A DNA stretch of 59,756 nt from a virus (lineage: Duplodnaviria; Caudoviricetes). The position numbers and the translations under genes were made by a program. Shown here piece by piece: positions 16,295 through 25,744 of the stretch. The stretch is from IMG/VR virus record IMGVR_UViG_3300029787_000037, positions 1 through 59,756 of that record, one strand, 5' to 3'. Positions within the stretch are counted from its first letter, which is position 1, and each line of letters opens with the position of its first letter. The notes below the pieces were generated by a model that did not search any database, was not told where the DNA came from, and worked only from the letters and a program-made list of their open reading frames with translations.

Positions 16295-17656
16295 TCACGC
16301 CACCTCATTTACTAAGGTTGCGCGGGTCTGCTTGAACAGTTCGCCAAACAGATTTTCATTCGGGTCAATAACACCATCGATGACACGGTTCGCCATGCAG
16401 TACTTGCTGATGAGCAAACGAAATAGCTTTTCGTCATAGGTGTCTTCGGCCACTAAATAGTAGATGTTCGCACCGCCCGTCATGCCAGCGCGGTGGATGC
16501 GATCTTCGGCTTGAAGCATCTGCATTGGAGAGAAGTCCATCTCCACGAACATCAGTTGCTCGGCAAATTGAAGATTAAGCCCCATGCCACCCGCACCTAT
16601 CGTCGTGATGAGCGTGTTGGTTCCACGGTCCTGTTCAAACTGCCGCACAATATTGTCACGTTTGGTTTGTGTGGTTTCGCCAGTGAATAAAACAGACTGG
16701 CCTTTACCGTTAAGGTGGATGCGTTTTGCGACCTCAACATGCGTGGTAAAGATCACCAGCTTTTCGTCACGCCGTGTCAGCCGCCAGTCATCACGCCACC
16801 GAATTGCAGCGTCTGCCTTCTGAAGGCCAACGTCTAAAGTCTCCTCATGCCAGTCGAGGTAATCTTTTGGCGCAACTTTGACGGGGACTTTGGTGCGGAT
16901 TTTTTCGGGCAAATCCATGCAGTCGGATTTGTGAACCCGATGCATTATAGACTTTGTCAACGAGGATAGTTCGTCTGCATGACTGAGGCCGTCAGCTAAA
17001 TACCCAAAAGGTCCTTGCCGTCCGTTACAGAAGCGGCGGGTGAACCGCCACCAATCGTCAAATTTGTCGGGGTTAGCGATCCGAAGCTGAGTGAATAAAT
17101 CCACAGGCCGATTAATAATGGGAGTGCCAGATAACATAAGAACAAAAGGGATCGTCCGAACAATCGCCTCAACGTCCTTGGTCCTCGCCGCCTTGTGGTT
17201 CTTGATGAAAGTGCTTTCGTCACAAACAGCAAATTCAAATTTATAGGGTAGGCTCTTGATAGCCGTTTTGAATTTTGCAGTTCTTGCGTAAGAGCAAATG
17301 ACGAGGGTTTCGGTGGGATCTGAAGCATCAATAGTATCCTTGAAGATTTGAATGGTGCGATCTGGCAAAGCCTTCTCTAACTCACGCTTGTGTTGCAGCA
17401 TGATTGAGGCGGGGCAAAAGACGACCACCGGACCAGCGTTAATCGCATGAATAATAAGAGCGGCCCCGATTGTCTTTCCCGCGCCCATCTCCCAACCCAG
17501 CATCATGCGCCCGTCTGAGCTTATGAAGTCAGCGGCGGCATCTATTTGGTGGTCGAAGGGAGTGATGGGAAAATCATCAGGCCAGTCTTTGCGTACACGG
17601 GTACTGAGGATCTGACGATTGTAGTCACGGATAAGAGAGAACGCTGTCTGTTGCAT
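16295..17656 (-). CDS. SNF2-family (HARP-like) helicase
   Basis: EMGAGKT, CDEST, LSGTP..NRP, GMGLNLQ, QAEDRIHRAG. Confidence 0.92.
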   Translation of the reverse strand: MQQTAFSLIRDYNRQILSTRVRKDWPDDFPITPFDHQIDAAADFISSDGRMMLGWEMGAGKTIGAALIIHAINAGPVVVFCPASIMLQHKRELEKALPDRTIQIFKDTIDASDPTETLVICSYARTAKFKTAIKSLPYKFEFAVCDESTFIKNHKAARTKDVEAIVRTIPFVLMLSGTPIINRPVDLFTQLRIANPDKFDDWWRFTRRFCNGRQGPFGYLADGLSHADELSSLTKSIMHRVHKSDCMDLPEKIRTKVPVKVAPKDYLDWHEETLDVGLQKADAAIRWRDDWRLTRRDEKLVIFTTHVEVAKRIHLNGKGQSVLFTGETTQTKRDNIVRQFEQDRGTNTLITTIGAGGMGLNLQFAEQLMFVEMDFSPMQMLQAEDRIHRAGMTGGANIYYLVAEDTYDEKLFRLLISKYCMANRVIDGVIDPNENLFGELFKQTRATLVNEVA

Positions 17657-17917
17657 GATTTGCCTGTCTGTCTGTCTTGCTCAAAAAAAGTCTGATCTAA
17701 ATATAATCGCGTCAGACAATTATGCAATAGTAAAACATGCAAAAAAGACGAGGACCGCTAAAAAAATAGCGGCCCCCGAAGGATGACAGACTACAGGATG
17801 TGGTAGGTCAGGGAGGTGAACCTAGCCACAATGGGGATTATAACACCACATCTTGTGGTTAGCCAGACAAATTGAAAAATGTTTTCGATTGAATTATATT
17901 AGTCAGGCTTTCATTAA

Positions 17918-18805
17918 ATGATAGGTGACAGACAGATGGACAACAATTTAATAACCACTTTCCTCACGGAAATTTATAGACACCAGACAGACGGTAAGCT
18001 GGTGTTCCACGCATTTAAACAAGACAAGGCGTCTAGCTTCTCCGCTGATATGAGTGACGACTTCTTCTCTTGGATCGAACAACATGAGAATGACGGATAC
18101 GGAATTCATGTACGGCAAGCCCGTATGAAAAACGGAAGCTACAGTGCAACCAAACGAGATGTCTGCCAGATCACGCATCTATGGATCGACATTGACAAAG
18201 CGAGAGACGAGATCAATTTCGTTGAGAGTGGGGATGACCCGATCCCCGATCCCACCTTTGTGGTGGATAGTGGCAAGGGCGTTCATATGTACTGGCGTCT
18301 CACGGAACCCGCGACAGACTTCCGGTTGTTTGAAGTCGAGGAGGTCAACAAAAAGCTGGCCTCTTATTTCGATGGCGATCCCGCGCCCACACATATCGCA
18401 AGCACTCTCCGATTGGTTGGAACTTTAAACCACAAATACGACCCCCCTCGTATGTGTAAAATTTTGCGCCATAACGAGGGTGCCGAGGTGTCCTTGGGCT
18501 ATATGGCAGACTGGTTGAAGCGGAACGAAAACCCCGTGGAAGCGTTTGCTGACAGGCTGCTGGGGAACATCAAACCCCAGACAGATTGGCAAGCAGTGCT
18601 CGACAACTTGGCAGTTGAGGGACCCTCGAATGAGTTTGGTGGTCGCAACAACTGCGTCACCAAGTTAGCAGGGTGGTGGGCCAGACAAGGTATCGAACCC
18701 GAGGTTCAGATTAAGACACTTGTTCACCACGGATGTACGCTGCCGATGTGGGAGATGCACTCCATTGTAAATCGCATGTACCAGAGGGAGCTTGAAGATG
18801 CCTGA
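17918..18805 (+). CDS. Primase, RepB/AEP-like with PriCT-like C-terminus (start probably 17936)
   Basis: LWIDID, PTFVVDSGKGVHMYW, LRLVGTLNHK, GGRNN. Confidence 0.85.
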   Translation: MIGDRQMDNNLITTFLTEIYRHQTDGKLVFHAFKQDKASSFSADMSDDFFSWIEQHENDGYGIHVRQARMKNGSYSATKRDVCQITHLWIDIDKARDEINFVESGDDPIPDPTFVVDSGKGVHMYWRLTEPATDFRLFEVEEVNKKLASYFDGDPAPTHIASTLRLVGTLNHKYDPPRMCKILRHNEGAEVSLGYMADWLKRNENPVEAFADRLLGNIKPQTDWQAVLDNLAVEGPSNEFGGRNNCVTKLAGWWARQGIEPEVQIKTLVHHGCTLPMWEMHSIVNRMYQRELEDA

Positions 18806-20330
18806 AGGTTTAGCACCACTGCCACCACTCACAGCGACAGACAGAGTTCGATCTTATGTCACGGCTCAAGTCCAGAGCGGTAAATCACCGTCAGTCATTG
18901 CAATCCTGGGAGATGTCGTCGAATCAATCGTTGACGATGACATCAGAAAAAGCGGTGAAGACATCATGCATACGGAAGACACTTGGTATGCCTACCAGTC
19001 TCGCGGCATCTGGGTTTCAAGAGACCCAGTCTGGATAAAGACAATCATCGACAAGTGGCATCGTCAGACTGTGTTGCGTGTTCCAAGCAAGACGGTTCGC
19101 GGTGAGATCCTTGAAGCCATAATGATGTACGTCCATGAGGAAGACATTGATTGGGCGAACTGTGGCAACGTCATTATCTCTGCCAACAATCAGGCTTACG
19201 ATCTGGAACAAGACAAGACTGTCACGGTTAAGAAGAGTTGGTATCTGCGAGAGGACAACCTTCTGGCTGTAGAGTATGACGCCACCAAGACTGACACCCC
19301 GATATGGGATCAGACTGTGTCCACCATCATGCAACATATCCCCGATACAGAGAGGGCCGATGTTATTACGCTTCTTGAGGAGTGGATGGGTTCAACACTT
19401 TTGCGCCATAACAAGCCAAGAGCGTTGTCCAAGTGTCTGTTCCTTTATGGTGAGCGGCGCACGGGTAAGTCCACGATCCTTGATATCCCGAGACAAATCT
19501 TCGGGGAGAGTAGGGCAACAGCAGTGGGCCTGGGCGAGACAGATGGTTTCGGATCGATGGCCCTTTTGTCTAAGGCTGTCTGGTTGTCTGACGAGATTGC
19601 TGTGGGTTCGGTGATGAATGACAGCGTGATGAAGCGGGTCATAACAAACGAGCCAATCAGTATTAAGGTTAAGATGAAGAACCCGATAGAGATCAGATTG
19701 AACATGACTGTCGGGATGGCGGGGAACAGCTTGCCCACAATCAAGGACACCAGTGATGCGGTCTATGACCGGATGCTGTTTGTGCCTTGTGATACGGTGA
19801 TCACCAACCAACAGGATGACCCCGCGCTGAGGGACAAACTGTTGGCGGAACTTCCCGCGATCCTGAACCGTCTTATTCAAAGTCTGCAAAATGCCAGACA
19901 AAGAGGGTTCTTTCAGATCCCAGATTGTCTGGTTCGCAAGGCAGACGAGATTAAGACTGAACAAGACCCGATCCGAGTTTTCTTGGAGCAAGCGTTCAGC
20001 TTGGTAAACATTTCTTGTGGCGTTGAGAACCCAGACATACAGACAGCCTATAAGGGTTTTTTGTCTAAGACCGATGGGGAAGAGACAGCCAGACATACCC
20101 GAGTAAATCCGACGCATCTCAGTCGGAGGATATCGGAGGTGTTCCCAAACACGGTGACTGGCAAAACGAAATCTGGTACAGTACGGGCAAAGTACGGTAT
20201 CCATTTTACGGACCAAGGTAAGGCGTGGTTGGATGCTGGCTGGAACCTAGAAGATAATTTCTATAAGACAGATCAGGTCAGGCTCAGGTCGGCTAACATT
20301 GGGCCAACCTTAACCACCGTCGAGAAGTAG
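18792..20330 (+). CDS. Superfamily 3 (D5/P4-type) helicase
   Basis: LFLYGERRTGKST (Walker A), SDE (B), MAGNSLP...DAVYDR. Confidence 0.9.
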   Translation: MKMPEGLAPLPPLTATDRVRSYVTAQVQSGKSPSVIAILGDVVESIVDDDIRKSGEDIMHTEDTWYAYQSRGIWVSRDPVWIKTIIDKWHRQTVLRVPSKTVRGEILEAIMMYVHEEDIDWANCGNVIISANNQAYDLEQDKTVTVKKSWYLREDNLLAVEYDATKTDTPIWDQTVSTIMQHIPDTERADVITLLEEWMGSTLLRHNKPRALSKCLFLYGERRTGKSTILDIPRQIFGESRATAVGLGETDGFGSMALLSKAVWLSDEIAVGSVMNDSVMKRVITNEPISIKVKMKNPIEIRLNMTVGMAGNSLPTIKDTSDAVYDRMLFVPCDTVITNQQDDPALRDKLLAELPAILNRLIQSLQNARQRGFFQIPDCLVRKADEIKTEQDPIRVFLEQAFSLVNISCGVENPDIQTAYKGFLSKTDGEETARHTRVNPTHLSRRISEVFPNTVTGKTKSGTVRAKYGIHFTDQGKAWLDAGWNLEDNFYKTDQVRLRSANIGPTLTTVEK

Positions 20331-20357
20331 GGGGGTCCACTATAGAAAGGTCACCCT

Positions 20358-20495
20358 ATGCACCGTCTTCGCTTCAGACTTTGGCTCCGACTAATGCGGT
20401 TCTTCGGCGCATTGCATCAGACCTGTTGGCATCGACATGAAAAAGCACTCAGGAAAATGCGGGTTGCGGAAAGGCTCACCCCAAGGAAAACGTAA
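20358..20495 (+). CDS. 45-aa basic hypothetical peptide (not in ORF track)
   Basis: GAAAGG RBS; MHRLRFRLWLRLMRFFG... Confidence 0.35.
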   Translation: MHRLRFRLWLRLMRFFGALHQTCWHRHEKALRKMRVAERLTPRKT

Positions 20496-20569
20496 CGCTT
20501 TCGCGGCGGCACTAGCTAACCCGCTATTCAAACAGAAAGTTATCCCAAATAAAAAGCGGGAGGAGAGGG

Positions 20570-20734
20570 TTAAGCGGCCTTCTCGCTCCGCGCTAAAATT
20601 AATGTGTCCTTAACACATTCACAGATCTTGTCTGGGTCATCCCCAACGGGGAAATCTGTAAAGCCTAGGTTCCCACACTTGTCGCAAAACATCTGGAAGC
20701 TATCGTTTTTATTTATGTCGTCTGTCAACTTCAT
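20570..20734 (-). CDS. 54-aa Cys-motif peptide (not in ORF track)
   Basis: CDKC...CEC pattern; weak RBS. Confidence 0.35.
   Translation of the reverse strand: MKLTDDINKNDSFQMFCDKCGNLGFTDFPVGDDPDKICECVKDTLILARSEKAA
20599..20614. promoter_or_regulatory. Second CtrA-type site
   Basis: TTAA-tgtgtcc-TTAAC. Confidence 0.4.
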
Positions 20735-20804
20735 AAATTAAATGTATCACGGCTTTCAGAATAGTTGAGTGTGTTAATTACCACTTAGCTTTAGTAGCTT
20801 TTAC

Positions 20805-21524
20805 CTACACATCTCTGCGACCATTAATACCATCATTAAAAATATGCTGGTTACGGGAAACATTAACGTCATCGATGTCAGCCAGATCAAGTATGCCGCC
20901 AGGGGGATTAAAGATGTCCCAGAACCTACCGTTCAAGACGCTGTTTAGGTAAGTATCAGTTGGACTACCTTCACTTGCGTAGTTCGGCATCTTTAAAAGA
21001 TGGGCATCGCGGATAGCATAAAGATTGATGAAAAATATATAACACAAGTGACGGTACAACCGACTTTGTGGTATTGCCGCCACTGCCATGCTGGCATCCA
21101 GCTTATACTTTATGCATTCCTCAGACAGGTAATTGTCTGGTGTACAGAGGCCCAGTTCCCGCGCTTCCTTGAGGACCTTGGTGATGTGCGCTCGGTCAAC
21201 ATCGATCTCACGGGACATCTGCGCGATATTAATTGGGTCTCCCTGGTATTCGGCAATGAAGAGATAATGCCAAATAGATTTGATGCTTTCTGTTCGACGC
21301 CAAAAGCTGGAGACAATGTCCTTACGGCGAGGGTTCTGGTTGCGTAGACGCCGTAGCTCTAGCTCCATCCGCGCCCAGGCTACCGATATCTTTATGATCT
21401 GGCGTCGGCCCCAACTGGTATCAGCCGCCAGAGTGCTCACTTGAAGGTCTTCAAAATGTTGAGCAGTCTCTAGTTCTGTTACAGTGTTCGGCCAAAAGTC
21501 TCGTAAATATCCCTTCTTAGACAT
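20805..21524 (-). CDS. Winged-HTH (MarR-like) domain protein
   Basis: 'INIAQMSREIDVDRAHITKVLKEARELG'; AGGAG RBS. Confidence 0.65.
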   Translation of the reverse strand: MSKKGYLRDFWPNTVTELETAQHFEDLQVSTLAADTSWGRRQIIKISVAWARMELELRRLRNQNPRRKDIVSSFWRRTESIKSIWHYLFIAEYQGDPINIAQMSREIDVDRAHITKVLKEARELGLCTPDNYLSEECIKYKLDASMAVAAIPQSRLYRHLCYIFFINLYAIRDAHLLKMPNYASEGSPTDTYLNSVLNGRFWDIFNPPGGILDLADIDDVNVSRNQHIFNDGINGRRDV

Positions 21525-21704
21525 AGTCTGTTCTCCTGTTTCTGTCTGTCATACTGTAGTCTGAGCCTACATTAATAAAGAACATTTATAGAACTTATTG
21601 TAGTGTGAGGCTACACTTTTTTAACTTAACGCAAAATAATTATTAGGTGTTGTCTGTGGAAAAGGCAAGGGCTTGTACAATTTAGGTGTGTGTAAACAAG
21701 TTTT

Positions 21705-21865
21705 ACCGTCACCAGCGTCACCGTGCGTCACCGAATAAGTGATTGTAAACCAGGGAAAAATGACGGCGGTGACGGTAAGGACGCTAATTTCTTCATTAGA
21801 TGTTTATAGAGTAATAGTTAGAAGGGATGTCGGGATTTAGCGTCACTTGCGTCCTTGGTGTCCGT
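21705..21865. repeat. Probable replication origin with inverted CGTCAC iterons
   Basis: CGTCACC x3, then TGACG/GGACG x3 inverted, AT-rich spacer, then CGTCAC/CGTCC again; IHF-like site at ~21736-21748. Confidence 0.6.
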
Positions 21866-21968
21866 GTTGTTTGCCTACAGATTTACGGACTTTGTCTGTG
21901 TAGACAAGCTACACATACTATTCCATGTGACCTTGTCTGATCGCGCATTTCTGTTGTATATTAGGCAG

Positions 21969-22448
21969 ATGGCAGACGATCTCAAAACCATCGTCGCCGT
22001 TGACCTCGGCACCAAGTCTGGGATTGCTTGGTCTACGGGTGACGATATTGAAACCACTGCATTTGATTTTTCTAAGGTGCGTCAGATGGGGGCTGGGATG
22101 CGTCCCCTTATGCTCAGACAAGAATTACTTACCTTGTTTGAGAGGTTATCTCCCATTGACCAAGTGGTGTTTGAAAATGTGGAGAGACACAGTGCCACCT
22201 ACGCAGCCCAGATCTTCGGTGAACTTCGCGGTTGTCTGATGTCTGTCTGTGAAGAGATGGACATCCCGTATCGGGGTTTGTCTGTGACGCGGATCAAGAA
22301 GCATGTCACTGGCTCTGGCATCTGTAAAAAGGATGTCACCCGTGAAGCGATAGCCAAACTCTGGCCCCACATTCCTGTTTCCGATCTGACTGAGGATGAA
22401 GTGGACGCACTCAGTATTCTAAAGTGTGCTCTAGACAAGGTGATTTGA
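21969..22448 (+). CDS. RuvC-like Holliday junction resolvase
   Basis: VAVDLGTKSGIA, VVFE, IKKHVTGSG..KK, DEVDAL. Confidence 0.88.
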   Translation: MADDLKTIVAVDLGTKSGIAWSTGDDIETTAFDFSKVRQMGAGMRPLMLRQELLTLFERLSPIDQVVFENVERHSATYAAQIFGELRGCLMSVCEEMDIPYRGLSVTRIKKHVTGSGICKKDVTREAIAKLWPHIPVSDLTEDEVDALSILKCALDKVI

Positions 22449-22715
22449 ATGTCTGATGACCAACCCGATGATGATAATGTAATCCAGTTTCCTCTATCTA
22501 GCTTGCTAGACAAAAGGTTTGTCTTGGGGTGTCCGCATTGTGAGGAGACACGTTGGCATATCCTCCTACCCGAAAGTGAGATCAGGTTTTCTTCGGATTT
22601 GTCTGACGATTTGTCTGATGAAGGCCTCACATTCCAGGCAACACCCGCACCTGAAGTGCTGGAGTGCTCGGGCTGTGGGTTCCGAATTGAGATGGAAGAC
22701 CCAGTCACACACTGA
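22449..22715 (+). CDS. Zinc-ribbon hypothetical protein
   Basis: NVIQFP motif, CPHC...CSGC. Confidence 0.6.
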   Translation: MSDDQPDDDNVIQFPLSSLLDKRFVLGCPHCEETRWHILLPESEIRFSSDLSDDLSDEGLTFQATPAPEVLECSGCGFRIEMEDPVTH

Positions 22716-22717
22716 CC

Positions 22718-22809
22718 ACATCCGACATCCGACATCCGACATCCGACATCCCTCCTAGATAAACTTAATCCCAGACAAAAATTTGTCTGGCTTGTCTGGC
22801 TTGTCTGGG
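22718..22809. repeat. (ACATCCG)x~5 tandem repeat followed by AGACA/TTGTCTGG cluster
   Basis: Read directly: acatccg x4 + acatcc; ccagacaaaaatttgtctggcttgtctggcttgtctgg. Confidence 0.9.
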
Positions 22810-22863
22810 ATTTCGAGAACGCACCTGGTGCTGCGGCAGACGACACCAGGCGGAATTTCTTAC

Positions 22864-22893
22864 AAAAAAAGCGGCCCGAAAGCCGCCTTTTTC
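22864..22893. terminator. Bidirectional intrinsic terminator between convergent units
   Basis: A7-GCGGC-ccgaaa-GCCGC-c-T5. Confidence 0.75.
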
Positions 22894-22913
22894 TTCGTTA
22901 ATTTTTGATACCG

Positions 22914-23045
22914 CTACGGGCCATCACCCCGCATTTCTATTTGCTGTTCCACAAAGTCCTTAGCTTCAGCTTCGGACATGCCCTTGTCTAGGGCCTCTTG
23001 AAACCAGTCTTCTAACTGGCCTTGATAGACAGATGGTAAACTCAT
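22914..23045 (-). CDS. 43-aa acidic hypothetical peptide (not in ORF track)
   Basis: MSLPSVYQGQLEDWFQEALDKGMSEAEAKDFVEQQIEMRGDGP; TAATG coupling, AGGAAGG RBS. Confidence 0.55.
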   Translation of the reverse strand: MSLPSVYQGQLEDWFQEALDKGMSEAEAKDFVEQQIEMRGDGP

Positions 23046-23464
23046 TAGCCTTCCTTTCCTAAATATGCTTTCAGATTTTCTAGAATGATTTCGATTGCGG
23101 CTAACGCCCCCGCACTAGGGTTGTCAGACAAATCCTCATCAACTTGGATGGGCGTACCTGTAGCAATCGACATTGCCCTTATCCGTTGGGCAACCCTCAG
23201 CCTCAGATAGTCCGCAACCCCTTTTGGTAGGGGGGTACGTCCGCTAGACCAGTTGTGATAGACAGCAGCGGTCAGACCAAACAAGCCGCGCAGTTCCTTC
23301 GGCTCCATGTCTAATGCCAACATGCATAGTCTGAACTGATCAGGTGACATAGTCCGCTGGCTTATACGCGGGTCATCCGTGGGGATAGCCTCAACATACC
23401 CAGCATTCTTACGGCTCCGATGGAACCGACTATCTAACAGTTTATCTGGCAGCATGTTAATCAT
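23045..23464 (-). CDS. HTH (XRE-like) DNA-binding protein
   Basis: MSPDQFR...ELRGLFGLT..VYHNWSSGRTPLP. Confidence 0.7.
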   Translation of the reverse strand: MINMLPDKLLDSRFHRSRKNAGYVEAIPTDDPRISQRTMSPDQFRLCMLALDMEPKELRGLFGLTAAVYHNWSSGRTPLPKGVADYLRLRVAQRIRAMSIATGTPIQVDEDLSDNPSAGALAAIEIILENLKAYLGKEG

Positions 23465-23519
23465 AACAGCCTCATCAGGTTTTCAACCATCCGTGCGACA
23501 GCATCTATAAATTCCAGCA

Positions 23520-24047
23520 TTACCGTCTCCTCTCATATGATCTGCCAACCTTCCAGAGGCGGCGGTCTTTACACAGGCGGCGAATACACCGCTCGTAATC
23601 CGTCTCTAGAAGATCATCGATGGCCTCGACTGACGCCATGAATTTAGCCTTCAGTTTCCGACCAGAGATTGTCTCTTCTTTGGCGAGGCCATCCATGATG
23701 ATGTCCATACCTTTCACCAGCCTGTCGCGTTTGCTCTCACGTTTAACGACTTTCTGTCGCCACTCTGGCATCTCAATGGCGGGTCTCTGGGCGGGTTGTA
23801 GAAGGCGTTGCCTCCGCTCATCTTCCTCGTATTGTTTGACCCTTTTCTCCCAGGCTGCACGTACTTCGGGACGCCTGTGATCAAGGAAGGCTGGGATTTC
23901 ACATAACAGATCGACCTCTGCATCCCTATTTACGACTGGCACCACTTCAGCCTTTGGCTTCGGCGTTGCTTTTGGCTTTCCCTTCGGGGTCTCCTGGCGG
24001 GAGACGATTGCACCCGCCAAGTCTTCCATGCCTACGTTATGCCGCAT
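23520..24047 (-). CDS. Early hypothetical protein containing EIPAFL motif (start uncertain)
   Basis: ORF in early operon; possible C-terminal winged helix. Confidence 0.6.
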   Translation of the reverse strand: MRHNVGMEDLAGAIVSRQETPKGKPKATPKPKAEVVPVVNRDAEVDLLCEIPAFLDHRRPEVRAAWEKRVKQYEEDERRQRLLQPAQRPAIEMPEWRQKVVKRESKRDRLVKGMDIIMDGLAKEETISGRKLKAKFMASVEAIDDLLETDYERCIRRLCKDRRLWKVGRSYERRR

Positions 24048-24720
24048 TTTTATCGGCCCCCTCGCCCACAACAGGGTTAACCAAACGTGCAGTGATCACG
24101 CTACGGGCCTCTAAAAATTTCTGGGTCATAGCTTCCCCGAAATTCTGATCCAATAACCACTTCGGTGCATCAAAGGCATGGAAGGTAATAAGACCGTCAC
24201 CTTTCATCTCTCCGACTTCTGTGATCTGTGAGAACGGCCACCATTCTGTTACCCCATTGATGCTTAACTGCACCGCTTTCTCAGTTGTGCGGGACTTAAC
24301 CGCATAGAAGCGGATGATGGGGGACGGGGTGCCAGACTTGCCCCCGCCGCTGGACCGTCCACGGGGGACAAAATTATCGATGCGACTATCTAGGTCTACC
24401 ACTGTGGTGCGGACGCTGGTATCCAGAACATTAAATGTGTTCTCATCTAGGTAGTTCATGCTGATCCAGTCGATGGCATAGTCTGCGTCATTATACAGAT
24501 ACGCCTCACCCAACCGACCTGTTACGTCCCGCTTATCTTTGCGGTGAATGACCAGTGCGGCGGGACCCCACTTGCCATCCAGCTTTACCAGTTTCACCCA
24601 GACCTTTGTATGGGGTGCGAATTTTCCGCTACGCCCCACCTTCGGGCCAGTGGTTGCACCAAATGGGAAGGCCAGTTCGGTGCCGTCTTGAAGTTTGAAT
24701 GTGTTTTGACTGATAGTCAT
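24037..24720 (-). CDS. Early hypothetical protein
   Basis: GAAAGGA RBS; 'TEKAVQL...WWPFSQI' module. Confidence 0.7.
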   Translation of the reverse strand: MTISQNTFKLQDGTELAFPFGATTGPKVGRSGKFAPHTKVWVKLVKLDGKWGPAALVIHRKDKRDVTGRLGEAYLYNDADYAIDWISMNYLDENTFNVLDTSVRTTVVDLDSRIDNFVPRGRSSGGGKSGTPSPIIRFYAVKSRTTEKAVQLSINGVTEWWPFSQITEVGEMKGDGLITFHAFDAPKWLLDQNFGEAMTQKFLEARSVITARLVNPVVGEGADKNAA

Positions 24721-24840
24721 TTCTTGATCCTTTCGGTTGCTAAAAATTTGTCTGTCTGTCTGTCTGTCGTTTGATGCAGGTGCATCGTCATGTCCACCAG
24801 ACCCGATGTTCTGGGCCTGATGGACATTGCGTTGAACCCG

Positions 24841-25740
24841 CTAGCTAAAGTGAGCCTTTCGGTACTTGTCGCTCTCGCGTATCAACGTATCGAGAACCTC
24901 CGTGCAGAGGTTCCCAGCATGGCAACCATCGATGCCAACGGGGAAAGTGGAGTTGATTTTGACAGAACCAATGCCAACCCCGATGGCTTCAATGCCCCAC
25001 GCCGTTAATAGTCTGACGATGCTAGCCTCTCGCGGCCCAACGCATCCATCTGTCAGGACTAACATGACCTTGCGGTCTTCTGGACGGGACCGCATTTGAA
25101 GGCCAGCCCATGCCATGCATTTATCTAGCGGGGTCCCGCCCACGGATTTGATACGTGCCACAAACCCTTCGCGCTTAATCCAGGGGTCTCTGAACCCCTT
25201 GATCAGGGTGCCGCCGCGCCCCGTGACATCACCGCCATAGTGGTTAGATGTTGTTTTACCTTCACTGATACAGGCACCTTCATCCCTGGACCGCCAGTAT
25301 CCATTCGCCCGATTGCCTTGGGCGTCGACATAGGTTTGGCATTTGTCGTGCCGTCTATCTTCAATACCAGGGAAGGCCATCATGTTGAATGTGACCCCTG
25401 CCTCTTCCAGTGCATCGCCTAACACCAGGGCTAGCCCATTGGCGTTATATTGGCGTATGCCGCCCATGCTGCCCGAATTGTCGATCAGGATGGACACGGC
25501 GGTGGTGAAACCCTTTTCCTTCCATTTTGTTTTGAAGACGTTGGTGTTTCCCGTCTTAACCGCTGACAGGCGGCGGGTATCTAACCGCCCTGCCTCGCGG
25601 AGACGTTTCACGCCCTGTCTGTCTGGGTTCAGCAGTAGCCGTGCCAGCTTGGCTTTCAGGACTGAAGTGCTAACCCGCATTGTCTTGCGAATTTCCTTAG
25701 TGGCTTTCGCCCGTGCTCTGAAATTTGCATCCGTTGCCAT
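24841..25740 (-). CDS. VWA domain protein (CobT C-terminal-like)
   Basis: GRLDTRRL, LIDNSGSM (MIDAS), GTP, LVLTDG, IGVGIG. Confidence 0.9.
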   Translation of the reverse strand: MATDANFRARAKATKEIRKTMRVSTSVLKAKLARLLLNPDRQGVKRLREAGRLDTRRLSAVKTGNTNVFKTKWKEKGFTTAVSILIDNSGSMGGIRQYNANGLALVLGDALEEAGVTFNMMAFPGIEDRRHDKCQTYVDAQGNRANGYWRSRDEGACISEGKTTSNHYGGDVTGRGGTLIKGFRDPWIKREGFVARIKSVGGTPLDKCMAWAGLQMRSRPEDRKVMLVLTDGCVGPREASIVRLLTAWGIEAIGVGIGSVKINSTFPVGIDGCHAGNLCTEVLDTLIRESDKYRKAHFS

Positions 25741-25744
25741 TGTC

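Noticed and set aside
16035-16298. 87-aa ORF as a real gene
   Set aside because: Runs through a terminator and dense hairpins, and the protein is featureless; not fully excluded because it is stop/start coupled at both ends
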